Below are positions 1-10,172 of a stretch of DNA of 39,852 nucleotides, piece after piece. Source of the stretch: a virus (lineage: Duplodnaviria; Caudoviricetes); the IMG/VR virus record IMGVR_UViG_3300031772_000101, positions 1-39,852 of that record. One strand, given 5' to 3'. The stretch's first letter is position 1. Every line of letters starts with the position of its first letter. The position numbers and the translations under genes were made by a program. The notes under the pieces were generated by a model that ran no database searches, was not told the origin of the DNA, and saw only the letters and a program-made list of their open reading frames with translations.

Positions 1-2
1 GA

Positions 3-1121
3 TTTATTATTTATTCTATCCATAAGATCCATTTCTGGATCTGCTGGAGCTGCTGGAGCAGGAGCGATAGCTGGCATATTAACTGTCTGAGCAATTGGCG
101 CAGTTCTTGCCGCTGGAGTAGGAAAAGGTGGCTGAACACCTGATTGCGGTAGACGCTGGCTTGTAGGACCATGTGCTTTTTCTAATGCATTTAATGTACT
201 CTCAGAACTTACAGGTGCCGGACCTTTAGAAGATAATTGTGCAGCTTCTTCTGGAGTAATTGATGGTCCTGATGTAGGTTTTTGTGGACCAAGAAGTGAT
301 GTGGTCGAATCCATTGTTTGATGAGCCTTAGTACGTTCTTCTGGAGCAATGCGTTCAGTATATGCTTCAAGATCATCTACATATTTCTTAAAAGTTTTAG
401 TATAAAAATCTTTAAATGTTCTTTCATATGTACTAAAAGCCTTTTCTATCTTAGCAGTTCCCTTCATATAATTATCAATATTTCTAACAGAACGAGCGCT
501 CGCCATTTCTTTCAATGCATCAATAATAACATCAAGTAAACTTTCAGATTTTTGAAATACAGAAGTTAATCCATTTTTAATTTCATTTACTTTGCTTGGA
601 TATCTTTTTTCCCAAGCAGCCAATCCACGACCTCGTTGCGTAAAAGTATTTTGCCAAAAATCTGCAATCCCAGCTTCTTTAATCAAAACTGCTTGTTGTT
701 GTGCAAATCTTGTTTTTAATCCTTTTAATCTTTCTCTTTGCTCATCAGTTAATTTTTCATATAAAAATTCATTATGAACCTCATCAACCTTATGATTAAT
801 AGATTTTATTTCTGCTACAATTTTTGCTACTTGCTCATGAAATACTGCTAAATCATGTCCCGCAGTCATAAGCTCTCTTCTATTAATATTTGATTTTACT
901 TGCTTAAGACAATCTTTTAAAGCTGGACCGCCCGGATCTGCCTCTGCATCTCCAAGTCTTTTACCAACAACAAAAGTTCTAATTTGATCGTCTTTTTTTC
1001 TAATGTGCTCCATCACAGCTTTAAATTGTGGATTAAAAAATGCTTCAGCGGCTTTACCACTTACATTAGTCATTTCTCTTAACTTATTAAGAACGCTTCT
1101 TTTTTGAGCAGTTTTCTGCAT
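3..1121 (-). CDS. Hypothetical protein, probable virion/head-associated; truncated by window start
   Basis: Not in the ORF track because it runs off the window. ATG at 1121 preceded by AGAGGA RBS. Reads MQKTAQKRSVLNKLREM...VLIKEAGIADFW... with a Pro/Ala-rich distal part, open to position 3. Lies directly downstream of the portal. Confidence 0.75.
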   Translation of the reverse strand, partial: MQKTAQKRSVLNKLREMTNVSGKAAEAFFNPQFKAVMEHIRKKDDQIRTFVVGKRLGDAEADPGGPALKDCLKQVKSNINRRELMTAGHDLAVFHEQVAKIVAEIKSINHKVDEVHNEFLYEKLTDEQRERLKGLKTRFAQQQAVLIKEAGIADFWQNTFTQRGRGLAAWEKRYPSKVNEIKNGLTSVFQKSESLLDVIIDALKEMASARSVRNIDNYMKGTAKIEKAFSTYERTFKDFYTKTFKKYVDDLEAYTERIAPEERTKAHQTMDSTTSLLGPQKPTSGPSITPEEAAQLSSKGPAPVSSESTLNALEKAHGPTSQRLPQSGVQPPFPTPAARTAPIAQTVNMPAIAPAPAAPADPEMDLMDRINNK

Positions 1122-1210
1122 AGTAAATCCTCTATTTATGTGGAATCAGTAAAATAATACGTAATTATCCATAAGTCTAATAGCTAATAAACATTTGAAT
1201 TAAATTCAAA

Positions 1211-3046
1211 TTATGCCGGTGGTGGCGGAGGTGGTGGCGCCTCTGCCCCTTCAGGTGGCGGTGGTGGCGGTGGCGGTGCACCTCCACCCATATCTAATCC
1301 AGGTAAGCCGCCTCCTGGTGGGGCTCCGCCAGGAGCTTCACCTGGAAGTGGCGCTTCGCCTGGAGCGCCACCAGCTGCCGCGCCCTCTGGCTCTGGAATC
1401 TCATCTTCTTCATCCAATGCACGAAGTGCATTCAAATCCATAGCTGTTAATGCTGCCTTTTCTTTTGCATTAATAGCGCTTTGAATAGCTTCTTTACGCA
1501 TTTTCCTAATTTCATCTTCAAATTCAAGTCCTAAAGAACGATATAATGTATGTAAAGATGCTCTTTTGGCATCTCCTTCGCCTTGAGTTAAGGTAACTAA
1601 TCCATTAATATAATCGCCGGCATCAAATAGCGACATATGATTCCAGTCAATATCTGGTACAATTAATTGTTTTTCGCCGCCAGAATAATCATAAAATCCT
1701 TGAATCTTAGAAATTGGGGCAAAAATCTTTCTCTTTAACCATTGAGACATCATATTACGAAATTGCATATAACGTTGTCTTAATACGTCCAGAGCGACAC
1801 CACCATTCGCGTAAGTAGTATCAGCACCCCCGTCCATAAGAACAGGTGGAACTTGTAAACCGACATAAATTTCTTTAATGATCTGAGTAATGTCACCAGA
1901 AATATCATAGATTCCTTGACCATAACCAACTCGCTCAACAGCAACACCAGCATGAGTAAAAATCTTAAAATCCTTATCATATTGAGCTTCTTCAAAAACA
2001 TTTCTCCAAGCCTCAATATCCGCAAAAGATGGATGCAATCCATCTGGACCATCAGTTCCAATTTTAACTAAAGTTAATGGATTGATCATATTATCTGCTT
2101 GAGCATACTTAGATTCTCTTAACTTATCGAATAACATTAATTGACGAAAAATACATACTGGAAGTCCAGTGCCACGAATTTCATATGGGCTAATTCTTCT
2201 TGCCAAATGAGAAACATGAAAATTATCGAGAGGTATATTTTCACCACGCTTGACAGAATCAATAATATGATTATTAAGCTGTTTACGCTGTTCGATATCA
2301 GTTGGACGATTTGAGAAAATAATTTTCTTTAAATTTTCATCTGGACGTAACATGATAATTGGCTCATTAGCAACAACTGTACGCTTAACAATCATATAAT
2401 CTGGATTTTGAATAAGTAAACGGCTCCACTTACCACGGCTTTCATCAAGCTCAGCATATACGAAAGACTCTCCAAGTAACCAATATTCTTGAGCAATCTG
2501 CACACAAATATTCATTAAATCAATTTCTTCAATCATATCATTGAAAAATTTCTCAATATCTTTATTAGGACATTTAATATTTAATTTACTAATTGGATAG
2601 GTGCTATGCAAATTAATAGCATTATGAACGAATGGATTTAATGCATAAAAACTTCTACACCAAGCATTAATGGTAGCACGGTCGCGTGGAAGATTGAGAT
2701 TAGAATTTAGCCAAAGTGGAGAATAAACTTCGGGAGTTTGTTTAACAGTATCTCCGCTACCTCCTCGATAACTACCGCCACCACTGCTTACTACTTGAGC
2801 GTGTTTATTCATGCCCACAGATGCGACTACATGAGAAAAATAGGTTGAATTGCTTTCTTTACTAGTGGGTCCAGAACCATCTCTAAAGAGACCTTGATCA
2901 ACTTCACTTGCAATACCTTGCCTTCTAATATCAGAAACATTACGTGACATTAGTGCACTGACTTGAGGAATAGTAGATCTAGAACTCATATATTGTTCAG
3001 AGTTTGATGGTCCAACCCATAATTTTGCAGATTTATTAACAGCCAT
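1211..3046 (-). CDS. Phage portal protein with Pro/Gly-rich C-terminal tail
   Basis: 611 aa next to the terminase. Portal-like segments (WCRSFYALNPFVHNAINLH, YWLLGESFVY, HLARRISPYEIRGTG, GLQVPPVLMDGG...TYANG, LRQRYMQFRNMMSQWLKRKIF). Confidence 0.85.
   Translation of the reverse strand: MAVNKSAKLWVGPSNSEQYMSSRSTIPQVSALMSRNVSDIRRQGIASEVDQGLFRDGSGPTSKESNSTYFSHVVASVGMNKHAQVVSSGGGSYRGGSGDTVKQTPEVYSPLWLNSNLNLPRDRATINAWCRSFYALNPFVHNAINLHSTYPISKLNIKCPNKDIEKFFNDMIEEIDLMNICVQIAQEYWLLGESFVYAELDESRGKWSRLLIQNPDYMIVKRTVVANEPIIMLRPDENLKKIIFSNRPTDIEQRKQLNNHIIDSVKRGENIPLDNFHVSHLARRISPYEIRGTGLPVCIFRQLMLFDKLRESKYAQADNMINPLTLVKIGTDGPDGLHPSFADIEAWRNVFEEAQYDKDFKIFTHAGVAVERVGYGQGIYDISGDITQIIKEIYVGLQVPPVLMDGGADTTYANGGVALDVLRQRYMQFRNMMSQWLKRKIFAPISKIQGFYDYSGGEKQLIVPDIDWNHMSLFDAGDYINGLVTLTQGEGDAKRASLHTLYRSLGLEFEDEIRKMRKEAIQSAINAKEKAALTAMDLNALRALDEEDEIPEPEGAAAGGAPGEAPLPGEAPGGAPPGGGLPGLDMGGGAPPPPPPPPEGAEAPPPPPPPA
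1214..1400 (-). repeat. GC-rich low-complexity tract encoding the poly-Pro/Gly/Ala tail of the portal
   Basis: Repeated ggt/ggc triplets on + strand; translation GAPGEAPLPGEAPGGAPPGGG...PPPPPPPPEGAEAPPPPPPPA. Confidence 0.8.
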
Positions 3047-3124
3047 AGAGCCTCATTATTTCCACTATCCCTCTACTATACGTAATAAATAATATATCAG
3101 TTAATACAACTATTTATAAATACG

Positions 3125-5017
3125 TTAAAATTTACGAGATACATACCCAGTAGTAACTAATGGTTTATTTCGTTCTTTAAAGCTTTGTTGTTGTAGGAGT
3201 GGGTTATTATTGGTAAATCCTTTGGAAACAATGAATTTATAAGCAATATAAGCATTTAATAATGCCATAAATCCGTCATTTGGAGTACTTCCTTTAATAT
3301 AATGAATACTTGGATCTCCGCTTCTAGAAATAGATGGTTTAATTTCCATGCTAGCACAGTGCTCAATTAACCAGGCAACTTTTTCATAATCACCAAATGG
3401 AAATCTAATCATTCCCTTTTTCATTTGTTCATATAATTCACCAATATAATAATCTCTTTCAAAAACTATTTCTTTAGGAAAAGCGTCTGCAGTAAATTTA
3501 ACATGACCATTAACTTTATTATGTGCACGAGATACTAAATAACGATCCCCATATGTTTGATGTAATATTGCAGAAAAATCATTAGAATACCCAATGTCTC
3601 CAACTGCTAATTGAATTCCATATTGTCTCATCATTTGATCAATAATACCTTTTTTACTCTCCATATCATTTCTTTTAAATTTGGTTGCAAATTCAATAGA
3701 TAATAATCCAGGTCCTTTAGCAACTAAAACTACTGCTGTGCTAAAAGATTGTCCAGTTGCTTTAACTTTATCCGGATTAGCAAGTTGCTCTAAATCTGCT
3801 CTAGCTCCATAATCTATTCCTGCAACTATAATTTCTTGATTTATAGTATTGGGCGGGGTTACAATTCTAGCGCTAAACTTTCTGCCAACATCGGCACAAA
3901 GCTCTCTAATTTCTTCTGGTGTAATTGGACTAGCATCTCCTTGAAAAAATTCTCCAAGAACTTCATTCATAAATACTCGCTCAGTATTAATTGGATGTTT
4001 GCCAGGCATTTCCTTATCAATATCTTCTCTTGTAAATAAAGGCATATAAAGTTGATTGATATGAAATCCAATCATATCACAATCTTCTTCATCAGAATTT
4101 TTTAATGCAACCCATTTGCCACGTTCGGCAGCGGGGCGCTTATCTTGTTCATGTCCGCAATGCGTGCACTTTACAATGTATCCATAAAGCCAAATATTTT
4201 TCCAATCATCTGATCCTGGAGTATATAATGGAAAATGTTTCTCACAATTTTCACATCCTAAATAATAATATTGTTGCGATGAAGTTTGCCACATCTTATG
4301 AAAATCAGATCCCTTGCGGCGGGGGGTTCCAAAATAAATCTGTACGCCTTTTGAATTTTTTCCATATTTTGCGGTAGTTAAAACTTTTAGAGAATTACCA
4401 ATTGCCATACCAGTGGTCTTCTGAACTTCATCGAAAAAAATTATATCAGCAGTACGACCCATAATACGATCGCCGTCTAGTCCAACAGACTCTACCCATA
4501 AATGATTTCCACCAACAAATTGTTTAAAATGCAAAGAATCATTAGTTGCAGTTGACTGATCTAGCAGCATCTGCATATATGATTTAGTCTTAGCAGCCTT
4601 TGTTGTAACTTGTCCTTCGGCAGGAATAGCAGATATAATCATCTGATTCAATTTAGTTTTAGAATATGCTGCCGCTAATTCCAATTGAGGAAAGGCATGA
4701 ATAACCCTCATCGGAGGCTTTTCACCATTGCCAAAAAGACCAGATCCCATAAAATACATTTCAAGGGCGCTCGCCATCGTTGTAGCTCCAACCTGACGAC
4801 CTTTAACAATAATTACCGGTTTAGCATTTGGCTCTAAAGCTTTTACCCCAATGTAACGATAAATATCTGCAAATGGTCTATAACCATTTCCAGTTAAACT
4901 AAATGGTTTACCATCCAATGTTAAATATTCTTGACAGAACATTACAGGATCATACATCATTAGCTGTTTTTTTAATTTTGCAAACAGTTCTTTATCTTCA
5001 ATATTTGATGTAGTCAT
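3125..5017 (-). CDS. terL: Terminase large subunit (lambda GpA-like, with CxxC...CxxC zinc insert)
   Basis: Walker A-like VIIVKGRQVGATT, Walker B IIFFDEVQ, coupling motif FGTP, CENC/CTHC zinc pair, GFHINQLY, nuclease GIDYG and C-terminal PNDGFMA. Confidence 0.92.
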   Translation of the reverse strand: MTTSNIEDKELFAKLKKQLMMYDPVMFCQEYLTLDGKPFSLTGNGYRPFADIYRYIGVKALEPNAKPVIIVKGRQVGATTMASALEMYFMGSGLFGNGEKPPMRVIHAFPQLELAAAYSKTKLNQMIISAIPAEGQVTTKAAKTKSYMQMLLDQSTATNDSLHFKQFVGGNHLWVESVGLDGDRIMGRTADIIFFDEVQKTTGMAIGNSLKVLTTAKYGKNSKGVQIYFGTPRRKGSDFHKMWQTSSQQYYYLGCENCEKHFPLYTPGSDDWKNIWLYGYIVKCTHCGHEQDKRPAAERGKWVALKNSDEEDCDMIGFHINQLYMPLFTREDIDKEMPGKHPINTERVFMNEVLGEFFQGDASPITPEEIRELCADVGRKFSARIVTPPNTINQEIIVAGIDYGARADLEQLANPDKVKATGQSFSTAVVLVAKGPGLLSIEFATKFKRNDMESKKGIIDQMMRQYGIQLAVGDIGYSNDFSAILHQTYGDRYLVSRAHNKVNGHVKFTADAFPKEIVFERDYYIGELYEQMKKGMIRFPFGDYEKVAWLIEHCASMEIKPSISRSGDPSIHYIKGSTPNDGFMALLNAYIAYKFIVSKGFTNNNPLLQQQSFKERNKPLVTTGYVSRKF

Positions 5018-5050
5018 TTAAAAGGCTTGGGTAAGTGCAAAGGAGTTAAA

Positions 5051-5692
5051 TTATTGTCTAACTGGAACAAGAGAATTGAATGCGTCAGCATTAGATGCAT
5101 CAATATCAGAGTCAGCATCCATATCACGAGAACCTAAATTACTATAATTTTGGTAACTATCTGGATTATCTCTTTTAGCAATTAAATTTTGTCTACTAAC
5201 TTCTCTAATTAAATTTTCATCTTCCCAATCTTTAGCATCAGATACGTCGCGTTGATGTATAGTCTTAAGCTTATCAATAAGTGCAGGTACTACTGAATTT
5301 CCCTTATTACCTTTAATAATATTTTCTAAAGTAACTTTAATTTGTGGACATTTTTTAAATACAACTGGAGTTTCAATTTTCTTTTCTACATCTTCATGAT
5401 TATCAGAGGCAGTTTTTTTAGAACCTTCTTCTGTAATTTTACTTATCTTATCTAAGTAAGCAGTCAACCCACTTCTTTGTTGCATATCCTGAACGGCAGC
5501 TGCTACAGATGGGTATTTAGATTTACCATTCATTACAGAATTAATTTGATCAAATAATGACGAATCAACATTCTTAGATGTGACGGCGCCCTTTTGTAAA
5601 GATTTTTGAAATTGTTTTAACCAATGATCTTCACCGATCGATTCATCGGACTGTCTAGATACAACTGATTGATGACGTGAGTATTTGGACAT
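5051..5692 (-). CDS. Hypothetical head-module protein
   Basis: Start reassigned from 5719 to the ATG at 5692 (MSKYSRHQ), preceded by AAAGGA that overlaps the end of the upstream gene. Confidence 0.65.
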   Translation of the reverse strand: MSKYSRHQSVVSRQSDESIGEDHWLKQFQKSLQKGAVTSKNVDSSLFDQINSVMNGKSKYPSVAAAVQDMQQRSGLTAYLDKISKITEEGSKKTASDNHEDVEKKIETPVVFKKCPQIKVTLENIIKGNKGNSVVPALIDKLKTIHQRDVSDAKDWEDENLIREVSRQNLIAKRDNPDSYQNYSNLGSRDMDADSDIDASNADAFNSLVPVRQ

Positions 5693-5694
5693 AA

Positions 5695-6624
5695 TTATCC
5701 TTTGTAATTGGCTGCCCAATCCATGTTATCACTGGAACGAGTATCAACGTCATCATTTGGCATAAAGCCTCTATCTTGACGAACTGCATATCCCATATCA
5801 GCTAATAGTTGCATAACTTCAGCTTGCTCACGATCGTTTAACTTATAAAACTTAACTTGACGTTCATATAAATCTTCGATATCATGACCGGCAGAAACCA
5901 TACCATTAATACAAACTCTAGCAATTCTAGAAATTAATAATGGCACCGTAATATAAACGCCCTGAACTCCAGTAATTTTCTGACCCTCTTTAATTAGAAC
6001 GTCTGAATATTCGAATTCGGCTTTCTTTTTACGGCTAACTTTTTTATTCTTTTTTACCTTATCAAGACGATCTTGCAATCTCTCAACGCCATGATCAATA
6101 GTAGCTCTAACTTTTTCAATTTGATTGGCATCTAGTTCGCCATCAAGATCAAGTCTCATGGCTTTAGAAATTTCATTATCTAATCTTTCTAAATAAGCAA
6201 CGGCTCTTTCAAGTCCAGCAGTATCTTGACCAGAATGCTTAGGAACATCATCACAACGCTCTTTAATCCAAGCAATGAATCCAGTGGCTCCACGTGACTC
6301 CCAATCCCATTTTTCATTTTTCTTTGGCTTGGCAGCATTATCATCAATTTTAGATTTATCATCTTCTTCGACTTCATGAACTTCAATAGGCTCTGGGTCT
6401 GGAGAATTTCCTGCACCTGGGACCATTTCTAATTCAACTTCAATAACCATTGGATCATCATGAACTTCTACATCATGATCATGACCATGACCATGCTCAT
6501 GTTCATGTTCTGATGGATTTTCCATAACTTCTAATGGAACTAATGACATTTGATTGCCGCCACCAATTGGAGACCCTGAAGGATCGACAACTATTAATTC
6601 TTGTGCTGTTGACTGTAATGACAT
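5695..6624 (-). CDS. Hypothetical head-module protein with acidic/His-rich N-terminus
   Basis: 309 aa, GAGGT RBS, HEHEHGHGHDHD tract, helical C-terminal part. Confidence 0.7.
   Translation of the reverse strand: MSLQSTAQELIVVDPSGSPIGGGNQMSLVPLEVMENPSEHEHEHGHGHDHDVEVHDDPMVIEVELEMVPGAGNSPDPEPIEVHEVEEDDKSKIDDNAAKPKKNEKWDWESRGATGFIAWIKERCDDVPKHSGQDTAGLERAVAYLERLDNEISKAMRLDLDGELDANQIEKVRATIDHGVERLQDRLDKVKKNKKVSRKKKAEFEYSDVLIKEGQKITGVQGVYITVPLLISRIARVCINGMVSAGHDIEDLYERQVKFYKLNDREQAEVMQLLADMGYAVRQDRGFMPNDDVDTRSSDNMDWAANYKG
6474..6509. repeat. Six tandem CATGNN hexamers encoding a His-x dipeptide repeat
   Basis: catgat catgac catgac catgct catgtt catgtt read directly on + strand. Confidence 0.7.
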
Positions 6625-6687
6625 TTAGATACCTCTAGAGCGGTTTTAACACTTGTTATGCATTTATATGTAGTAATATCCACCGTT

Positions 6688-8283
6688 TTAAATGTTCCAT
6701 TTATCTTCATACATGGCTCTCCCGCTATCTGTAGTGCCATAATCTGGATTAATTTCAGTTGGATTGCCTAAATCTCCATCAGGCAAATCCACCCCATCAG
6801 GTAAACCGTATAAACCATGAGGTTCGCTTACTAATGCCCCGCCCTTACCACATTTTTCACAAGGGAAAGTAACATCAATTTTCTTTTCACCGCAATATCC
6901 GCATTTTTGAGGATCGGCGTAATCTCTGCCAAAATTCAAAGATGTTGGAGGTTTGCCCTCAAAATCATCTTGTGGTAGATATTTATCTAAATAACCGCCT
7001 GTAAGATTGGCATTTTCCATAGAACTGCCACTTCCATTATCAATTTGGTCTTTTTCAAAATATTCATCTATTGGAAAATCAATATGATTATTATCTTCCA
7101 TAGAATCTAAACGCTCTTGAAGTTCCCTTTTAGTAGGTCCAAATTTTCTACGTAACGAATGATACAATCCCATTCCTGGCATTCTAGCAGTCTTAATTAT
7201 TCTTTCAAAAATAGATGCGCGGGCTTTGATATTTGGATTTTCTTTTGTACGTTTACCATCGTCTAGTTGCCAAGAATCATCAGATTTATATTTATTGCGC
7301 TTTCTCTTTTTATCAACAAAATCTTTAACACTTTTGTATTTATCCATGTTTTGATAAAACCCGCCACCTGGAGTATGTTCGCCAGGAGTTTCATATAAAT
7401 CATAATTTTTAAAAAGCGGCTCTTTGAATCTAGGCTGCATCACTAAAGCAGGATCTGATTTGTATTTCTTTTCCTTAGGTGTAGGTTGATTAACTCCACC
7501 ACCACCTTGAAAATAAGCTTTCTTTTGAGGAGCGTTTACATTTTTAAAATAATATGGCTTAATAACTTCGGTAATAGGAATTTCTCCCCATAAATTCATT
7601 TTTGTAATATAATGAGCTGCCCTATCAGCATCTCTATTAAAAGCTTCATTTAATTTTTCTGACATTGCCTTTTCAGTTGAAATCTTTACAGATGTTGGAT
7701 TTCTTTGAACAAATTCAATAATAGCCGGATCAATATCAAAATTCAATTTAGATGCTAAATAAATTGCCCTAACAACTCTATTCTTATTAGTTGTTAATGT
7801 AAGCTTAGGATCTAAACATGTTCTAATTACCTTGTCTTTTATATCTTTAAAACCTTGTTTAGTTGGGTCAATTAAATTTTTAAGATCTAAAGATAATAGA
7901 AGGGCATTGCAAGTAAAATCTCTACTGAACATTTCTTTTTGCATTTCAGTAGGATTAACTATTCCTTTATTTTTTAGAATGACATCAATGTTTGGAACAT
8001 TGAAATTAGATGAAAAATCCATTTTAAAAGTACCAATGTAAATCGAACTATGACCATCATCATGAGATCTACGAGTTACATTATATTTTTCAGATAATTC
8101 AGAGCCTAACTCTTGGGCTAAATATTGTACAGTTTTATCTCCAGTAGTAATATCTAAATCTGAGATATTATCTAAACGCTTCATGTACCTATCTCTAGGC
8201 GTGCCTCCGCAAATATAAGGTTCAGAAGAACCTATATTTTCTTGAACCTTCTTCATTTGTTGAAGCAATTCTCGGAGTTTCAT
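6688..8283 (-). CDS. Class II tRNA nucleotidyltransferase/poly(A) polymerase family protein with long C-terminal extension
   Basis: Motif A YICGGTPRD...DLDITT, motif B SRDFTCNAL, motif C LIDPTKQGFKDI, motif D-position TNKNRVVRAI, motif E ISTEKAMSEKL. About 280 extra residues follow, including a CGYC...CEKC zinc ribbon. Confidence 0.85.
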   Translation of the reverse strand: MKLRELLQQMKKVQENIGSSEPYICGGTPRDRYMKRLDNISDLDITTGDKTVQYLAQELGSELSEKYNVTRRSHDDGHSSIYIGTFKMDFSSNFNVPNIDVILKNKGIVNPTEMQKEMFSRDFTCNALLLSLDLKNLIDPTKQGFKDIKDKVIRTCLDPKLTLTTNKNRVVRAIYLASKLNFDIDPAIIEFVQRNPTSVKISTEKAMSEKLNEAFNRDADRAAHYITKMNLWGEIPITEVIKPYYFKNVNAPQKKAYFQGGGGVNQPTPKEKKYKSDPALVMQPRFKEPLFKNYDLYETPGEHTPGGGFYQNMDKYKSVKDFVDKKRKRNKYKSDDSWQLDDGKRTKENPNIKARASIFERIIKTARMPGMGLYHSLRRKFGPTKRELQERLDSMEDNNHIDFPIDEYFEKDQIDNGSGSSMENANLTGGYLDKYLPQDDFEGKPPTSLNFGRDYADPQKCGYCGEKKIDVTFPCEKCGKGGALVSEPHGLYGLPDGVDLPDGDLGNPTEINPDYGTTDSGRAMYEDKWNI

Positions 8284-8291
8284 TCATTCGC

Positions 8292-10172
8292 TTAGGCTGG
8301 TGGCGCGGGCACTCTTGGAGGAGGAGCTGCGGCTGGTGGTAATGGTGGAGCAACTGGAGCGCCTAGATCTTCTTCAATTTCTACTTCTGGTGTTTCTTTT
8401 TCTCCACCAGATAGTTCGGCAGCTTCCTGATCTTTTCTCATTTGCTTTCTATTTTTTTCTTTATCTTCATCAGACTTTAATTTATTTTTAATTCCTGCAA
8501 CTTCTGGTTTTTCAATTTCTTCACCGCCTTTAAGATCAATTCCGCTGCCGGACATTGCTCCACGAAGTTTAGAAAGAATATCTTCTACACGAGTAGAAAT
8601 ATAGTTATTAGATTCTAAAGATTTATTAGTGGCTTCAGCCAAAGAAGGGAAATAAGATGCTAATCCTAAACTATCTAACATCATATCTACAATGCCCAAT
8701 TGTCTTGGAGCTTCTCTTGTTTTGTAAAATTTAGCTAAATCTTCTAGCTTAGCAACAACATCAGCTACAGTAACTCCAGATAAAACAGCATTTACTTTAT
8801 TATCAAAATCACTAGTGGTTGGGGTTTCCGCAACACCAGTAGGTTTGATATCATCTTCAGTTACTTCTAATGGCTCTTCACCGGGAGGCATGTCAACAGC
8901 CGGCTCTTTAGGAAGAGTAGCGGGTGCTTTAACAGGTGATGGATCAAGTGGCGCGGGTGCCGGAGAAGCCGTCATTGGCTCATCAATTGGTCCCATAGCT
9001 TGAGCCTCAGTTACCATAATTTCAGTATCCGCATCATCAACATCAATACTATCTTCTACCTCTAAATCATCTTCTGCTTTAGCTTTATCTGGAGAAGTGA
9101 ATTTAGCAGTATCCATGCCTTCTAAAAGCTCTGTAATTGCTGGGGCTTGATTTTCTATTCCCTTAGGAGCCGCATCTGTTGGGGCGCCTTGAGGCATACC
9201 TGGTCCTACAGAAGGAAGTCCGCCTGGGGCTCCTGAAGGCACAGTTGGGGGTGCTGGTGGAGCTGCTGGCGGTAAATTCAAAGGAGCGCCAGGAGTTCCT
9301 TGAGCTTGGGTTCCGGCTGCGGCTGGAGTTTGTGATAAAGAATATAATAAATCAGCAGCTTTAATAAAACCACCACGATGAAGAATATTAGCTTCACGAA
9401 CAATCATATCTTCATAAAGCTTAGTTGCAGTACTAACTTTATTAACCAATTGTATTTTCTTTTTAAGCTGATAAACTGCCTCTAAAAGAGCTTCAAATTC
9501 TCTTCCGGAAAAAATTTGCCCATCAGGAGATCTTAATAGTTTTTCTGCAGAATCTAATCTACCAATAATTTTATTTCTTTGTTTTTCAATAATTTGCTTT
9601 CTTTCATTATTATTATTGCTTTCATCTCTGGCAAAATCAATATCTCTACCATGAACGCCTACTTCAGACTCTTTAACTGGATCTGGTTTAACATGTAAGA
9701 CATAATTGGAAATTTCAGGATTTTCATACCATAAACCTGCAAATTTATATTTCATATGTTCTCCTGCCTCATGAAATCGGAGCCAATTTAAAAAATCATA
9801 AGTCTCCATAATATTCCATCCCGAAGTAATTCGACGAATGGCATCAACCCTATTGCTACCATCTTTTTCTTTAAAATAAATTTCTCTAACTGCTTGTAAC
9901 CACTTATTAGTATTATGTTGCCCTGGAATGTGCATATACACATCTTGATTTGGATACGCTTGACGCTTACTAAGATCTAACTTTGGAATTGACTCTGGAT
10001 CAAATTTACCATAATCAATACCTGCTTCATCAAAAAATTCCATTAGTTTATTAACTTTAGACTTAACATCTGGAGTTAATTCTAACTCTTCATCAGAAAA
10101 TGGACGAATAACCTTTTCCAATTGTTTTTTGGAAGGCATATCAATAATTGATGAAAGTTTATTTTTTATCAT
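8292..10172 (-). CDS. Hypothetical large head-module protein with Pro/Ala-rich linkers
   Basis: 626 aa ORF abutting the upstream gene. Helical blocks separated by Pro/acidic low-complexity regions. True start could be the Met at about 10139. Confidence 0.7.
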   Translation of the reverse strand: MIKNKLSSIIDMPSKKQLEKVIRPFSDEELELTPDVKSKVNKLMEFFDEAGIDYGKFDPESIPKLDLSKRQAYPNQDVYMHIPGQHNTNKWLQAVREIYFKEKDGSNRVDAIRRITSGWNIMETYDFLNWLRFHEAGEHMKYKFAGLWYENPEISNYVLHVKPDPVKESEVGVHGRDIDFARDESNNNNERKQIIEKQRNKIIGRLDSAEKLLRSPDGQIFSGREFEALLEAVYQLKKKIQLVNKVSTATKLYEDMIVREANILHRGGFIKAADLLYSLSQTPAAAGTQAQGTPGAPLNLPPAAPPAPPTVPSGAPGGLPSVGPGMPQGAPTDAAPKGIENQAPAITELLEGMDTAKFTSPDKAKAEDDLEVEDSIDVDDADTEIMVTEAQAMGPIDEPMTASPAPAPLDPSPVKAPATLPKEPAVDMPPGEEPLEVTEDDIKPTGVAETPTTSDFDNKVNAVLSGVTVADVVAKLEDLAKFYKTREAPRQLGIVDMMLDSLGLASYFPSLAEATNKSLESNNYISTRVEDILSKLRGAMSGSGIDLKGGEEIEKPEVAGIKNKLKSDEDKEKNRKQMRKDQEAAELSGGEKETPEVEIEEDLGAPVAPPLPPAAAPPPRVPAPPA

